A stretch of DNA of 56,342 bases, counting the filler, from Mitosporidium daphniae (Eukaryota): the NCBI RefSeq assembly GCF_000760515.2. It is 2 parts of 2 records of this genome, joined end to end, with 100 filler letters (N's around TTAATTAATTAA, not from the genome) between each part and the next. Parts side by side here need not be neighbours in the genome. Positions count along the whole stretch, not along the records: positions 1 to 28,248 come from NW_013546163.1; 1 more part is not named here. One strand, written 5' to 3'. The position numbers were made by a program, and so were the translations under genes. Positions within the stretch are counted from its first letter, which is position 1; each line of letters starts with the position of its first letter. Of the stretch, positions 9,839 to 22,064 are shown in pieces. The notes under the pieces were generated by a model. That model was not told where the DNA came from, made no database searches, and was given only the letters and a program-made list of their open reading frames with translations.

Positions 9839-11071
9839 TTAATCTGGAAGTACAATTTCATAGTTGTTTTTTGGGGCTGGCAGCTTTGAAAGAGCAATGG
9901 AGAGCCGCGACCTGACCAAATCAATTGGAGGCCCTTCCTCTCCAATTTCGCTGCCCTCTCTCGAATTTGGCGTAAAACTTCCGGAAAATTGGTCCGCTGG
10001 GCGACGAAGCGGAGTTTCTCCAGTCTCAATAACATATTCCCTTGCATCTTCTGTAGAAATGCCAAGCTTCAGCAGCTCACGGACGTCCTTCTCCTTGACT
10101 ATTGGCGATGGAAGGTTAAATGCAGCTCTTCTGATTTGAAATTGCTCTTGGGAGAGCTGCTTTAGACGAGCCGATTGGGCTGGGGTCAATTTGCCTTGAC
10201 TGGCAGCCTCTTTCCTTTCGGAAATTTCTTTCTTTTTGGCCTGCTCTTCAGTGGTGTCTCTTTTTGGTTCTTGAGAAAGAGAAGAGACAAGCGGAGACTT
10301 TAGTTTGAGAACCTCTTTTTCTCTTTGAACCTCTTCGTTTGTATCAAAAAAGCCAGGCGGTGGTTTTCTCTCAAAGGGAATTTCCGTGTTATAGTTGATC
10401 ACATAAACGCCGGTACCTTTACCCTTCATCCCGATTCTAGCCTCAATTCCAGCTTCTTTTAATTCTCGCCTCTTTTGGATGAGAGAAAGTCTTCTAGATT
10501 CATTCAAAATTTTTTCCCTTGCTTTGCGCTTTGCTTTTTTTCCTTGTGTGTTGGCCAGACGGGCCCTGGCTTCAGAAAGCATCTCCTTTTCGTCATCATC
10601 CATATCCACTGGATCAGGACGAGCCGGCCTTGTTTCTGGACACGGGTCAGCTTCTCCAGGACGCAGTCCACGAAGCATGTCAAGGTCTTCGAGCGAAGGA
10701 GCGCCTTCAATTAAAAGCTTGCTTTGTGCCGCATCCAACAATTGTTCGTAGTGTTGAAGACATTGATGGGCAGTGCGGCCAACAATAGATGAAATGGTCT
10801 GCCATTGCGAAGGGAGCACTTTCGCCAAATGTAAAAGCTTCTCCTCTTCCTCACGTGTCCATTCTGTCTTTTTAATGGCGGGGTCAATCCACTCGTACCA
10901 GCGAGCCTTGCACTGTTTTGGCGTTTTTCGAACCAAAAGTGATGAAATACGAGCCCATTGATTACGACCATATTTCATAAACGCGGCTTTAAGAATCTCA
11001 TCCTCGGTATTGGTCCAAATACCGCCTAAAAATTACTCGACCCAAATCCTACCTTTGATGGGACGGGGCAT
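9839..11071 (-). CDS. CEF1: Spliceosomal Myb protein Cef1/Cdc5, C-terminally shortened; 27-nt intron 11026-11052
   Basis: KG|GIWTNTEDEILKAAFMKYGRNQWARISSLL...KQCKARWYEW; DPVDMDDDEKEMLSEARARLANTQGKKAKRKAREK. Confidence 0.95.
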
Positions 11072-11108
11072 GATGATTAAATTAAATTTTTTTAATTTTA
11101 AAAATTTA

Positions 11109-11755
11109 TCACTTTGCCAATTCATTAATTTTTTTCTTGATCGACGAAATGGCGTCTGCAGCCCAATTGTGGACAGAGATTTGAGACTCCATTATTTTCA
11201 ATAAATCGCTTCCCGGGTCATTTTCATTGATTAAGTTGGAAAGGTAATTCTTGATCTCCTGCGAGGAGTTATCTACAGACTCTTCAAGCCTGGAAATTTC
11301 CAGACCGCAAGATTCAGCAATTGTAAACAATTTGTCCCTTTCAATGTCGGACGAAAGCAGTTGTGGAGGGTTCTCATAATACTTTGCAAGCTCGGTCTCG
11401 ATACGAGTGAGGGCCTGTTCTAGCTCTGTTTGCTGGCACTCAAGATAATCCAAATTAAGGGTGAGCTCCTTGGCAAGGCCTTCAATGGACACAGTATCCT
11501 TGTGCAGTTCAGAAATCTCAAATATTAAACATAACAAAAAGAAACCTTTTTTCCTTGTGCGATCAGAGCATCATCGACTTTTCCAATTGCGAGCGCCTGG
11601 CTCTTGAATTCTCGAAGATGAGCATCCAGGTCCTGTGTCCATTTTGTTATGATTTCCTCGATAGACCTATTTTGCAGAAATGAAGAGGGTGCCGTGGCCT
11701 GGGAAGACGGGGCCTGCGGGGCCACGCTATGGGCAATCGAGGAGCTGGGGAACAT
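11109..11755 (-). CDS. NSP1: Nsp1/Nup62-like coiled-coil nucleoporin lacking FG repeats; 29-nt intron 11517-11545
   Basis: NRSIEEIITKWTQDL...EFKSQA...DDALIAQGKK|ISEL...LDYLECQQTELEQAL...DIERDKLF matches the Nsp1_C pattern. Confidence 0.75.
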
Positions 11756-11833
11756 CAAATTAATAATAAATTTGAGCCAAAAGTTGTAATTAACATTGTG
11801 CAAGGCCATTTGGAGCCATTTTTTCGGTTTGTC

Positions 11834-12975
11834 ATGCCTTTGACTGTGATGGACGTTTACTGTGCAGGAATCTTAAATGATTCTAACTCTTGTTACTTTA
11901 ATAGCATCTTGCAGGTGAGGTTTCCACTTTTCTCTCAAGTTCCTAGCATCTTCGCCTTCGCTACGCGAATTCCTCAACATCCTACTCAGAGCCGAATCAA
12001 CAGCATGCGTGCCCGCGCTGTTGGACTTTCTTTCAAGTAAAAAATCTCTTTCTCTTTTACTTTCTAGAACTAGACCCGTCACCGCATCAGCAGACTCCTC
12101 TTTTCCCATTATATCTAAAAAGGCTTTTTTCTATCGATAGGAACTATGCACAGCAGGTTGTCTAATAGCATTTTTGCTCTTTTTTGTATGTTCATTTTTT
12201 CGATTTGACATCGTTTATTTTTATCGCTTTTGCATTCGTTTATCTCCAGGACTCGCACGAATTTCTGGTATGCCTTCTAACATCGCTTGGCCAAATTTAC
12301 GATAATATGCTGCCCGCAATACGAGCAGCGACTCCGCTTCTTTTCAAAGTATTCATTAATTTCGATCCAGTAGCAACTACCATTTACTTGGCTCGCTTCA
12401 TCGTACATCTTTTGCAAAAATTGCTCGCATGCTGTAAGTCACTTGTCAATTACTCCATTTCCATTTTACTATTTCCATGACGTTTAATTTTTTTGTCACA
12501 GGGCGCATTTAGGGCGGAAATGGAAAACATTGTCCCTGTCTATGTGACAGAGTTGACAGAGGCAATGAGCCTCTCCGAAATTCTGGAACAGGGAATTCTG
12601 AAGCCTTCTGTTGCATCGCTTGACGGGGCATGGCGATGCGATAAATGCGGCGCTCATGGTTGCGGTTATCGATATACAAAGTTTCTACGGCCACTAGGCA
12701 AGGGATTAATCGTTCACATTAACAGGATTTATCAATTTGAGAGAAAAAGCGATCAAAAGATAAAGATCTCAAAAAAGATTCACGTCCGAAACTCAGTTCT
12801 TTCCCTTCGTGCAGTGGTGGAGCATATTGGAAACTCTTTAGGCGGACATTATATCTGCTATCGTCGACTTGCAAACGGTCGGTGGGCAATGACCTCCGAT
12901 GCCACTGTCAAGTATATGCGTGGTCCACCCTCATCGCTGGAACCGTATCTTCTTCTATATGAACCTGTAGCTTAA
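11834..12975 (+). CDS. Ubiquitin-specific protease (peptidase C19), multi-exon
   Basis: Cys box GILNDSNSCYFNSILQ; QQ|DSHEFL; His box LRAVVEHIGNSLGGHYICYRR...SDATV...YLLLYE. Confidence 0.88.
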
Positions 12976-13137
12976 TCACAAAGATAAAAACCAAAAAGGC
13001 TTAGATAGATAGACACCCAATAAGGCACGTACCGCAGACGGGCAAACGCTAGGTTGATCCCTTGTATTGGGAAACATCGGACCAACTTATTAAAATTTAT
13101 TTAAATTGAAATAGCTAATCTCTTAATAACCTATTGC

Positions 13138-13653
13138 ATGCTGCCAGCGGTGCGCAGACTTTCTTCCATTGCGCACGGCCTCTCGCCATCTACGCGGCCA
13201 GGCTTCATCAGGGCTGATGAAATAGAAAAGCTCTTCGCATCCATGAAGCTCTTTAATATTTCTTCGTCACCACCAGCATCTGAGGTGAATGGAGAAAACA
13301 AGCCGTCTGCAACTCCTGCCAGCCATATGATTCGCAGACCAACAAAGACAGAATTGGCTACTATCAGACTGTTCCCAAAGGGTAGATTTACAGTTTCATT
13401 TGTAGTGGTGCAGTTTCTGCGCAACCAGGACTATCCATTTCAGCCAAGGGCCTTGTTACAGCCGCTTTCGAGCACCACATCTTCCGAGGACGATAGCAAT
13501 CAGCTTTACCTTACCCCTAGCTCGGAAAATTCGCCATTTGCGGCGCCGATTTTCTTTGCCAATGTCAAGAAGAAACGGAAATCACGTATGAATAAACACA
13601 AACGCAAGAAGCGCAGGCGGGCTCTGCGCTATAAGGCGTCATCGAATAAATAA
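13138..13653 (+). CDS. Mitochondrial ribosomal protein mS38 (Cox24/AURKAIP1-like)
   Basis: Presequence-like N-terminus (MLPAVRRLSS); C-terminal NVKKKRKSRMNKHKRKKRRRALR signature. An internal in-frame intron is possible. Confidence 0.75.
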   Translation: MLPAVRRLSSIAHGLSPSTRPGFIRADEIEKLFASMKLFNISSSPPASEVNGENKPSATPASHMIRRPTKTELATIRLFPKGRFTVSFVVVQFLRNQDYPFQPRALLQPLSSTTSSEDDSNQLYLTPSSENSPFAAPIFFANVKKKRKSRMNKHKRKKRRRALRYKASSNK

Positions 13654-13813
13654 CGAGGAAAAATAAACATCCATCAACCGAGCTAATTGAAACACCACTA
13701 GGATGTAACGGAGACACATCTGTAACTCCCAATTATATGGAAACAAACCAGCAAAAGCCGTTAATTATGCAATCAAATGCGGTAATGGTAATTACGAAAT
13801 AAATTTACTGCGT

Positions 13814-15638
13814 CTACTTCATAGGCGGTGGTGGTACGGCTCTTATTGTTTCGTCGACAGAGAGAATAAGAGTAGCAGCCTCCGTGGCCGCAGAAATCAT
13901 GTTTTCCTTGACGATAGTCGGCTCCCAAACAAATTCTTCCTTGAGATTGGCCACCAGGTCGCCGCCACTGGCAGCTAAGTTGACGCCATAGAAGCGTCCG
14001 CTGTAGGGTATCGGCGTGGTTTCTGCGGTGGGGCTTTCGGGCTGCGCGTGCCGCTTGCGGAGCAATGCTAAAACATCGACTGCATCGATGCCAGCATTAT
14101 AGCAGAGCTGCCGGGGGATGACCTCAAGTGCACGAGCATAGGCTTGCACTACACGTTGCAGACGTGAAGGGATAGCACGAGCAGCCTCTCGAAGAATCCT
14201 TGAGAGTGCCATTTCCGTGGCACCACCGCCAACAGAAAGGCGACGGTGGCGCAGCGCGCGCTGAACCACCATTAAAGCATCATGCAATGAGCGCTCTACC
14301 TCTGCAATAAATTGATCAGAGCCACCGCGCAGTAGAAACGTTGAGATGGCACTTTCATTGGCAAACCCGGAAAAAAAGTTGAAACGCTCAGCACCAACCT
14401 GGCGCTCTTCAAATATAGCACAATGGCCAACGGCAGCCTCCAAAGGCTCCCCGGCGGCTACTGTCGAAACAACGGGAACAACCAAAGCTTTACTCAACCT
14501 CTGGAGGTCTTCCATTGGCACACGACCAGCGGAAAAAAGACCACGATCGGCAAAATATTGCGTGGCAACGTCTCCAATGGGAAGTCTTGAGAGGACAACG
14601 GTGGCGCCGACTTCCACAATCCGTTCAAGTTTTTGGTGTAGTATTGTCCACTCTCCTTCAACTATCGCAGCATAGTCAGCGACACCCGCGATGCGTAGCT
14701 CGGCATTGTCACGTTCAGCCTTGAGCTCCAACTCTACATTAAGAAGCAACACACGGGGATCATCGATGCGCTTTGGTTGCTGCTCGTGACCCGCATAGGA
14801 AAAGGTCTTCTTGAAAGCGATTCCATTTACCAGAACAGAGTCCTCCATCGAGCCTCCCGGAATTCGCTTTATACCAGCGTCGCGCGATGAAGTATGCCAC
14901 GAGGGCTGTTGATTAGTAGAAGGTTGCTCTCGAGACTCATTGTTTATCTCTCTTCCAAGCTCATAATCGACCACTAGACGTGCAAAGTGCGTTTGGGCAC
15001 TCCGGATAATTTTCGAGTTCATTGAGGTGGAAGCGATGCGTTCCAGCATCTTCCGGTCGTTGTTATGCAGAGGAAAGACCAGACTTGCAAGGCTATCTTC
15101 ATCTACAAGGGCCTGTTGTGCCAGGGTAGCCGCCATACGAAAACCTCGGATGATGGCCCGTGGTGCCATTCCATCCTCGACAAGTGTTCGGGCCTCCGCC
15201 AAAAGCTCACCTGCAAGCAGTACAACCGAGGTCGTGCCATCACCGACCTAAAATTTCGAGTCGATGCTTACCTCTGCGTCTTGCGCACGCGCAATGTCAA
15301 CTAACGAGCGAGCTGCCGGATGAACGACGTCCAGCAGTTTCATGATTGTCGCTCCGTCGTTGGAGATAACCGCTTTTCCTAAAAATGAACACAAATCTCT
15401 GATACCTAAAATAATTGGTGCTAATGGTACACAAACCTTTCGAATCGACGATCAATTTATCCGAACCAGAGGGTCCCAACGTTGTGCGCAAAATATCGAC
15501 CACAGCCAGTGCAGCGGTGATGTTGGAAAGTAGCTGAGCCTTTCCTTGGCTCGTATCTGTACCGTCCTTCAGTAGTATCACTTGCGGATTCTATGGTAAA
15601 ACATAGCTAGCCCCTACCATCATCATCTGCATTGGCAT
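13814..15638 (-). CDS. CCT7: Chaperonin CCT/TRiC subunit eta, multi-exon
   Basis: [70 protein letters not shown]. Confidence 0.96.
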
Positions 15639-15759
15639 TTTATTATTTGGTGCGCCCAACATGTTGAAAATTTGCAAGCAATTTTATTCTTCTTTAAGTT
15701 AAATTGTGCATGTAAACTTTGGCTGCAAGTTTAATTTTAATTTATTGCAGAGCCTTACT

Positions 15760-16913
15760 ATGCCTGCGGCCCAGACCCTGCTGGACGTCGCCATCATTGT
15801 CGGCATATGCCTTTCTTATACACCACAGGTGTGTATTACCATTTCTTTTCTAGTTTAAAAAAATAGTCCGCATGGGTAGTAGCTATGGACTGCATCCACT
15901 TTCCGTACTGCTTGGTCTGCTCTCTCTCACTTGTACACTTGCAAACAATCTTATTATGCGCCTTCCTTTTTTACTAGGGTGCCTTTCAATGGTATGAAGT
16001 TGAACCAAGTTTATTTCAGAACTCCATCTGGACATGCGTTGGGGCGCTCCTTCCCTTCTTTCAAGTAGTCATGCAGTTTATAATGGCGCTCATATTGTAA
16101 GTGGTAAGACTGATTCTCTACGTAGGGCTATCGTTTACTGTTGCTATTTTCCAGTAGAAAAAAAGACCGTTCCTACGCTTATCGATCTGAATACTTTTTA
16201 CCCGATGGGGATTAATGCTCATTATATGGGCGCCAGTCCTCGCACTAAAGACGGCGCCACAGTTCCCAGCTTTTACGGATCATTTTCTGAACAGGGATGC
16301 TTTCGCGATTTTAATTCCTGCCGCCAACATACACATCGTAAAGTTTCTGCCGAATGGCGTCAAATACAACGCTATATTAAAATCTCTGGGGGCATCTTTT
16401 TTTTTCTGTCTCTATCCATTGGGGGGCTTCTTGCTCTCCTTGGCGAGAGGCATTTTGTTGTACGTCTATATGGGACGTCGCTAGGTGTAATTTCTATGAT
16501 TCTGGCAATCTGGCAGTACATTCCTCAAATTATGGCCGTCTGGCACAACTCTGCCATCGGTTCGCTTAGTATCTCGGCGATGCTAATCCAAGTACCAGGT
16601 ATTTATTGAAATTTTTATTTCTCCCACCCCTTTTTTGATTTCCATTTATTTGCCAGGATCAATTTTGCTTCTTGCTTGCCAGATGCTGGATAAGCACTCC
16701 CATTTTTCTTCATGGTTGGGGTACCTCTGCTCCTCTATTTTACAGCTTGTCCTGCTGTTAACATGCATCCAATCTAAAAGATACGAGCTTAGACCTTTGA
16801 CAGCCTGTCACGATCCATTTGCTGAAGACGAGACTGGCGCTACCCAGAGGCCAGCCCTTGTAAAAAGCCTTCGCGATGAGCTTTTTCCCTTGCTCTCGCC
16901 CACGATTGCGTAA
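15760..16913 (+). CDS. PQ-loop repeat membrane transporter, multi-exon
   Basis: First motif CLSYTPQ, second WQYIPQIMAVW...GSLSISAMLIQVPG; several hydrophobic helices. Confidence 0.8.
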
Positions 16914-17196
16914 TTTTGAACATTATTTAAACAGACCTGCTTTGGCAGCAGCCATATCCTCATGTAAAACTAAAATTCTTTCCCATCAACACTCCCTTCC
17001 AATGTAATAAAAGCAAAACAAGCTCAAATCCTGCGCTTATTATAAGCTTGAAAGCTAAAAAGTATCGTTATTTTGCAGATGCTTCGCTTTTGTCTTTCTT
17101 TAGACATCACTTATGGTCTTTCGTTTGAGGAGGCTACCCTTCAACCGAAAATCGGTAATCTTTTATTTACCAAAGCACTGTAGAAGGTGAATTTTT

Positions 17197-18134
17197 TTAA
17201 CCCAATTCTAGCTTTTCTGAAATTGGAGAATTTCTGGGATCAGACCCCTCTATGATGGGGGGAGATTGACGATGGAAGCGAGAGTAATATATGCATTGGG
17301 AAAGGAGGATTCCTTGACTTGTTCCGCTAATTAAATATGAGATCCACATCGAGTAGTCGCTATCCGGCCTCAATGCCAAGGAGACAATCAGAAGAAAGGT
17401 GCCTGGAGTTTGGAGCGCCATTGCAGGGATACTGAGAGCGCCTACCTCTTTTATTTTCCACGTTTTATAGATTTGAGGTGCACATTGGCAAGTTGTTAGA
17501 ATCAGCGAAATAAACCCAAGGATCCGGGCCCATCGCAAAAGCAGCGTTTCCGGAGATGCAGCGAATAGTTTTATGCAAATTGAGATTGTCGAAATGGAGG
17601 CAAGAAAGCACAAATTGATCATCAGTAAGAAGACAAGTTTACGCCACTCACGACCATTAATTCTGCATTCTCGCGGGAAATAAATAATGTAAAGCGCATA
17701 CCTGCAAGTGAGGTTAAAAATATCCACTTACAGAAAAAAAAACATTGAAACTTGAGTAAGAATCTGGGCAAAGCCAAGCATTCGTAACATACATGTGACG
17801 ATGTTCTGGGGAAAACAGAAACAAGCCTTTTTACCTCCTGGATACAGCAAATAAATAGGGACCATTGGATGATTATTGAAGTTACTAGCGTACTTGAGCT
17901 GCTACAAACTCCGAGCAGGAAGTAGTAGTGGGAATAGCCCGTAGATGAGCGTAGCTTTATTATTCTATAATGCTTTGTAGTGTGGAAGGAACAACTGCGT
18001 ACCTTCGGCGCATATGAACAAATAACTGCCAAAATCATAAATACGGATAAGATGTTGACCCAAAGGGAAGCAATCTCTCCGTCCCCACATTGAGGATTAT
18101 CTTCAAAGTTCAGATTGGAGGAGAACGTTCCCAT
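17197..18134 (-). CDS. PQ-loop repeat membrane transporter (paralogue), multi-exon
   Basis: CSYAPK|HYRIIKLRSSTGYS; CQCAPQIYKTWKIKEVGALSIPAMALQTPG. Confidence 0.82.
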
Positions 18135-18222
18135 GGCTATAGGGACAACAAAAAACTCAGATGTCAATTAAAATGAAAATTTACCGATTTTGTTGCATGT
18201 GATTTTTCTGAAGCTCCCATTG

Positions 18223-18816
18223 ATGAGGGTCATTATCCAAAGGGTGTCTCGAGCCTCGATTTCATTCGCTCAAAATCCGGAGAAAATAGTATGCTCCATT
18301 GGAAAGGGTTACGTAATTCTTGTCGGCATACATACCAGAGATACAGAGTGTGACATTGCTGAGCTGGTACCCAAAATTCTGAATATAAAGTTATTTTCGG
18401 ACGCAAGTGGAAACCATACTGGGCTTGAGGAAAAATCTAACCAAAAATCCCGTTGGAAAAGATCAATTATCGATGAAGAAGGCGAAATTGTTCTCGCTTC
18501 TCAGTTTACTCTTTACGCAATAGCAGGGAAAAGTAAGCTAAACACCTTTCTAATGCGTCGAAAAAGAAGGCCGAGCTCCGGATTTTCACAATGCCATGAA
18601 TGCAGATGATGCAAAGATTCTGTTTGAAAAATTCGCGCATGAATGTAAAAAGGCGTATGGTGCAGACAAAATTTTCAGTATGTTTACGCTGCGTTCTAAT
18701 TTTTAGCCGGGGTATTTCAGGAGCATACGCTTATAAGCCTTACGAATGACGGTCCCGTGACGATCACTATTGAGTCAACGTCTTACTTAAAAGAAGCAGG
18801 TGCATTACTGAAGTAA
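18223..18816 (+). CDS. DTD1: D-aminoacyl-tRNA deacylase; two introns
   Basis: MRVIIQRVSRAS; SIGKGYVILVGI; SQFTL; PDFHNAM; NDGPVTI. Confidence 0.93.
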
Positions 18817-18937
18817 AAATAAACTGTTTATAAAGTTGTTTTTTGGCTTTTTATGTATTGATATGATTGTGAGCAAAGGGCATGATAAATTGCTAACTTC
18901 AAAAGATTACAAATTTTCACAAGACTGCAATAAATAA

Positions 18938-20259
18938 ATGGAAAAGCCCCTTGAAATGTGTTTTTAATTTTTGAAGTGCATGACCCAAAAGCCTGCTTTG
19001 CATTACAAGAAGCTGAACGAAATTAACGATTGGATTTCAAAAGGCCTATCCACTGCAAAGAGCTCCACTTTGTGTCTATCTGGGCCATCTGGCACTGGAA
19101 AAAGATTTGTTCTCCAATATTTGTCTCATATTGTTGGGTTTACTTTGCAAAAAAATTTCATTTCCTCAATGGCTTTTAGAAGGACTTTATACACCAGAAT
19201 CTAACGCAAATGCAATCGGGTCCTTTTTGCAGTCTATTTTTCTATTTTCCTCTTCCAATGCTATCAACTTTGGACCGCCAGATGAAATCGATGATAGCCA
19301 TCCTATTGCAGCCAAGGCCGGGAAAATTTTCGTGATTGACGATTTTCCTTTTCACGTTGAAACCGCCATTCGCTGCTTGTTTTCGTTTTTAGGTGGTTCA
19401 TTTTTTGTTAAAAGCCAAGCATTTACCATTATTCTCGTTTATACGGAAATAAATTTCAAGGAAGACCGCATGTTCTTTGAGTACTGCTCGAAAGCAAATT
19501 TCGCTGTCATTAAGATGTCGCCCATTCCTGCTAGTTATATTGAAAGGGTGCTCAACATCAAATTTAGCCGTTCCAATGTCAAGCGCAATGTCTGCACAAA
19601 GAGCAACTTGATTAAGGAAATTTCGCATTCTAGTAATGGGGATATAAGAATGGCTCTAAACGCCTTTGATTTTTGGTGTTTATTGCCTAGCTTTGAAGAC
19701 CTGGAATATGTTGCCGATAGATTCTTCCGCTCACATAAGACACTTTATCACATTCTAGCATATCTATTCTTTGGCTTAAATGGCCCCACTGGCGGTATCA
19801 CTTCTGACTCAAACAAATGGCAGTCTTTTGTCAAGTATTACCACCACTCTAGGCGATACGTATCTTCTGATAACATTCTAGCTTGGATTTGGGAAAATGC
19901 TCCCCTATTTTTAAGCACCGATTCGATTTCGTTTCTTCATGTCCTTTTAGAGGCAGCTTCTGATTGTTCATTTGTATTTGATTGCTTTCAAGTACCCTTT
20001 TATGCAATTAACAATTTAGGACAGCCGAGACATCGATGATGTCGCTCAAACGATACTACTGCTACCGGCTTCTTTTTTATTAGGACAAAGACCTGGGCCG
20101 CAAGCCTTTTTCTTCCCCAAAGAATTATCTAATTTTGTCACTCCTCGGATTTTCTTTCATTCAGATCGCACTAGGAATTTCCACACATCCTCAACTGATA
20201 CAGAAACAGCCCACGGCGTGCCCAATGTTAGCGCAAATGATTACCATCTCCTTTCATAA
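18938..20259 (+). CDS. Rad17/Rad24-like checkpoint clamp loader (divergent AAA+); start uncertain
   Basis: ALHYKKLNEINDWI...LSGPSGTGK; IFVIDDFP; SNGDIRMALN; last exon 20020-20259 follows a small intron. Confidence 0.65.
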
Positions 20260-20290
20260 TTTAAATATTTATTTTTTGCGTCATAAATGG

Positions 20291-21998
20291 CTATTTAATT
20301 TTGCGCAAAGGATCTCGAGACAGCCTTTTCTTTTTTAGCTTGGAATGGTTTGTAGCAGAAAAAGCCGTTGTTTTGGAGAGGGAATATTTGAACTCAGAAT
20401 CTAACTTTGGCAAAGATATTCCCCTGGCCGAAGTGGATAGAAGATAATCGGGAATATGCTTCAGATGTGATTTGTTTTTCTTGGATCGAAGATCTTTGTC
20501 CTGCCTGAGAGATTTCAGGTCAAGAGGATTGGCTTCAAAGTGGTTTTTTAGTTTTTCGGAAATGGAAATGTGATTTTTCAAATCATTCACCTTGGATTCG
20601 TTGAGACAATTTGCAGTTATCCCAGACAACACATCCATCGCTCTATAGCGGAGACCTTCCACCTGAGCGATATCAAATAAAAAAGGTTTCATTTCAACTT
20701 GATGCTTCTTTAAAAACTGTACAATTCCTTCAAAGTCTGAGGCCTCCGAATCGCTCTTCAGGGAAAGGGTTGTCCCGTGTGCAATATTTCTTCCGGTTCT
20801 TCCAGCACGGTGACAATATGCCTTGACCGTGGTGGGGATATCAAAATTAATCACCACGGAAAGGCCTTTGAAATCGATTCCTCGGCTTACCCCGAACTCG
20901 TCTTCTGCCAATTTTTGGGGCTTTTTCGGCTTCAAGTCGACCTGATCAACAGCAATGATACAGTCAAATTTGCCTCGGTTAGCCTCTTCGATGATGTTAT
21001 ACCGAGATGTGAAGGGCAGCTCCCCATTTAGTACGCAGGCTTTAATGTAAAATGCCTCCAAAAACAGTTTCAGCCTATATGCAGTATCAGAGGAATTGGT
21101 GAAAATTAGGATTCTTCCCGAGATCAGTTTGAATTTAAAAAGAACTAAAGTCAATAGAAATTTATCCTCAATCGTATCAAGATGCAAGAAAAAGTGGGAA
21201 ATTGAGCCCTTTTGGGTTGACTCTTCAGAATGTGATTCCTCTTGCAGCTTAATAATGACCTAATGTTAATATTGTAGCCGTACCGGTTTAGATAGGAATT
21301 TTTTTTTCAAGCAATCGATTTCCTCATCAAGGGTGGCAGAAAGAAGAATTCGAGTGCAAGTTTGCGGTATGGCCGCAAGGATACTGTCAAGGTCATTTTG
21401 GTAGCCAATTCCTAGGATAAAATCAGCTTCATCAATAACGAAATATTTGAAACAAGCTACATTAAGATTGATCGCCTAAAAGAACAATGTAAATCAAGAA
21501 ATACCTTGTTATTTATAAATTTACAAAGAAGAGACGGGGTAGACAAAACAATAGAAGGCTGTAAAGATAACAAAGATTTTTTGAATAATTCTGAAGAATC
21601 TGCACACAAATTAACGAGTTGAATTTCATTAGGGCAATAGCGCATAATGGAATTAAAAACCCCCAAAACTTGCTGGGCCAAATCCCTGGTGGGCACTAGA
21701 ATAATTCCGCGGATTCCCTGATTAGAAATCTAAGATAAGAACAGTAAAAGGCAAAGCGTACCTCCTTTTGCGAACCCACGGCCGATGCCCATTGTAAGCA
21801 TTCTTTCAAAATAGGAAGAACATAGAGAAGGGTCTTTCCAGATCCAGTTTTTGCGTGAACAAAGATATCTAAATTTTGTTTCAAAATAATCGGAAGACCA
21901 TGGGCTTGGATGGGAGTTGGCTCTAGATAACCTGCCTTCAAAAGAGCCTTTTCAAGGCAAATGTCAAGCGACAACTCGGCAAAGCTTGGCAAACTCAT
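20291..21998 (-). CDS. DBP9: DEAD-box RNA helicase Dbp9/DDX56; three small introns
   Basis: PTPIQ, AKTGSGKT, PTRDL, DEAD and SAT motifs; YRLKLFLEAF; EFGVSRGIDF; HRAGRTGR; KHIPDYL; DPLRK. Confidence 0.94.
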
Positions 21999-22064
21999 TT
22001 GTTATGTAAAAACAAAATTCCAAAAATTTAACTAAAATTTAAGTAAAATTTAATTGTTTACGCC

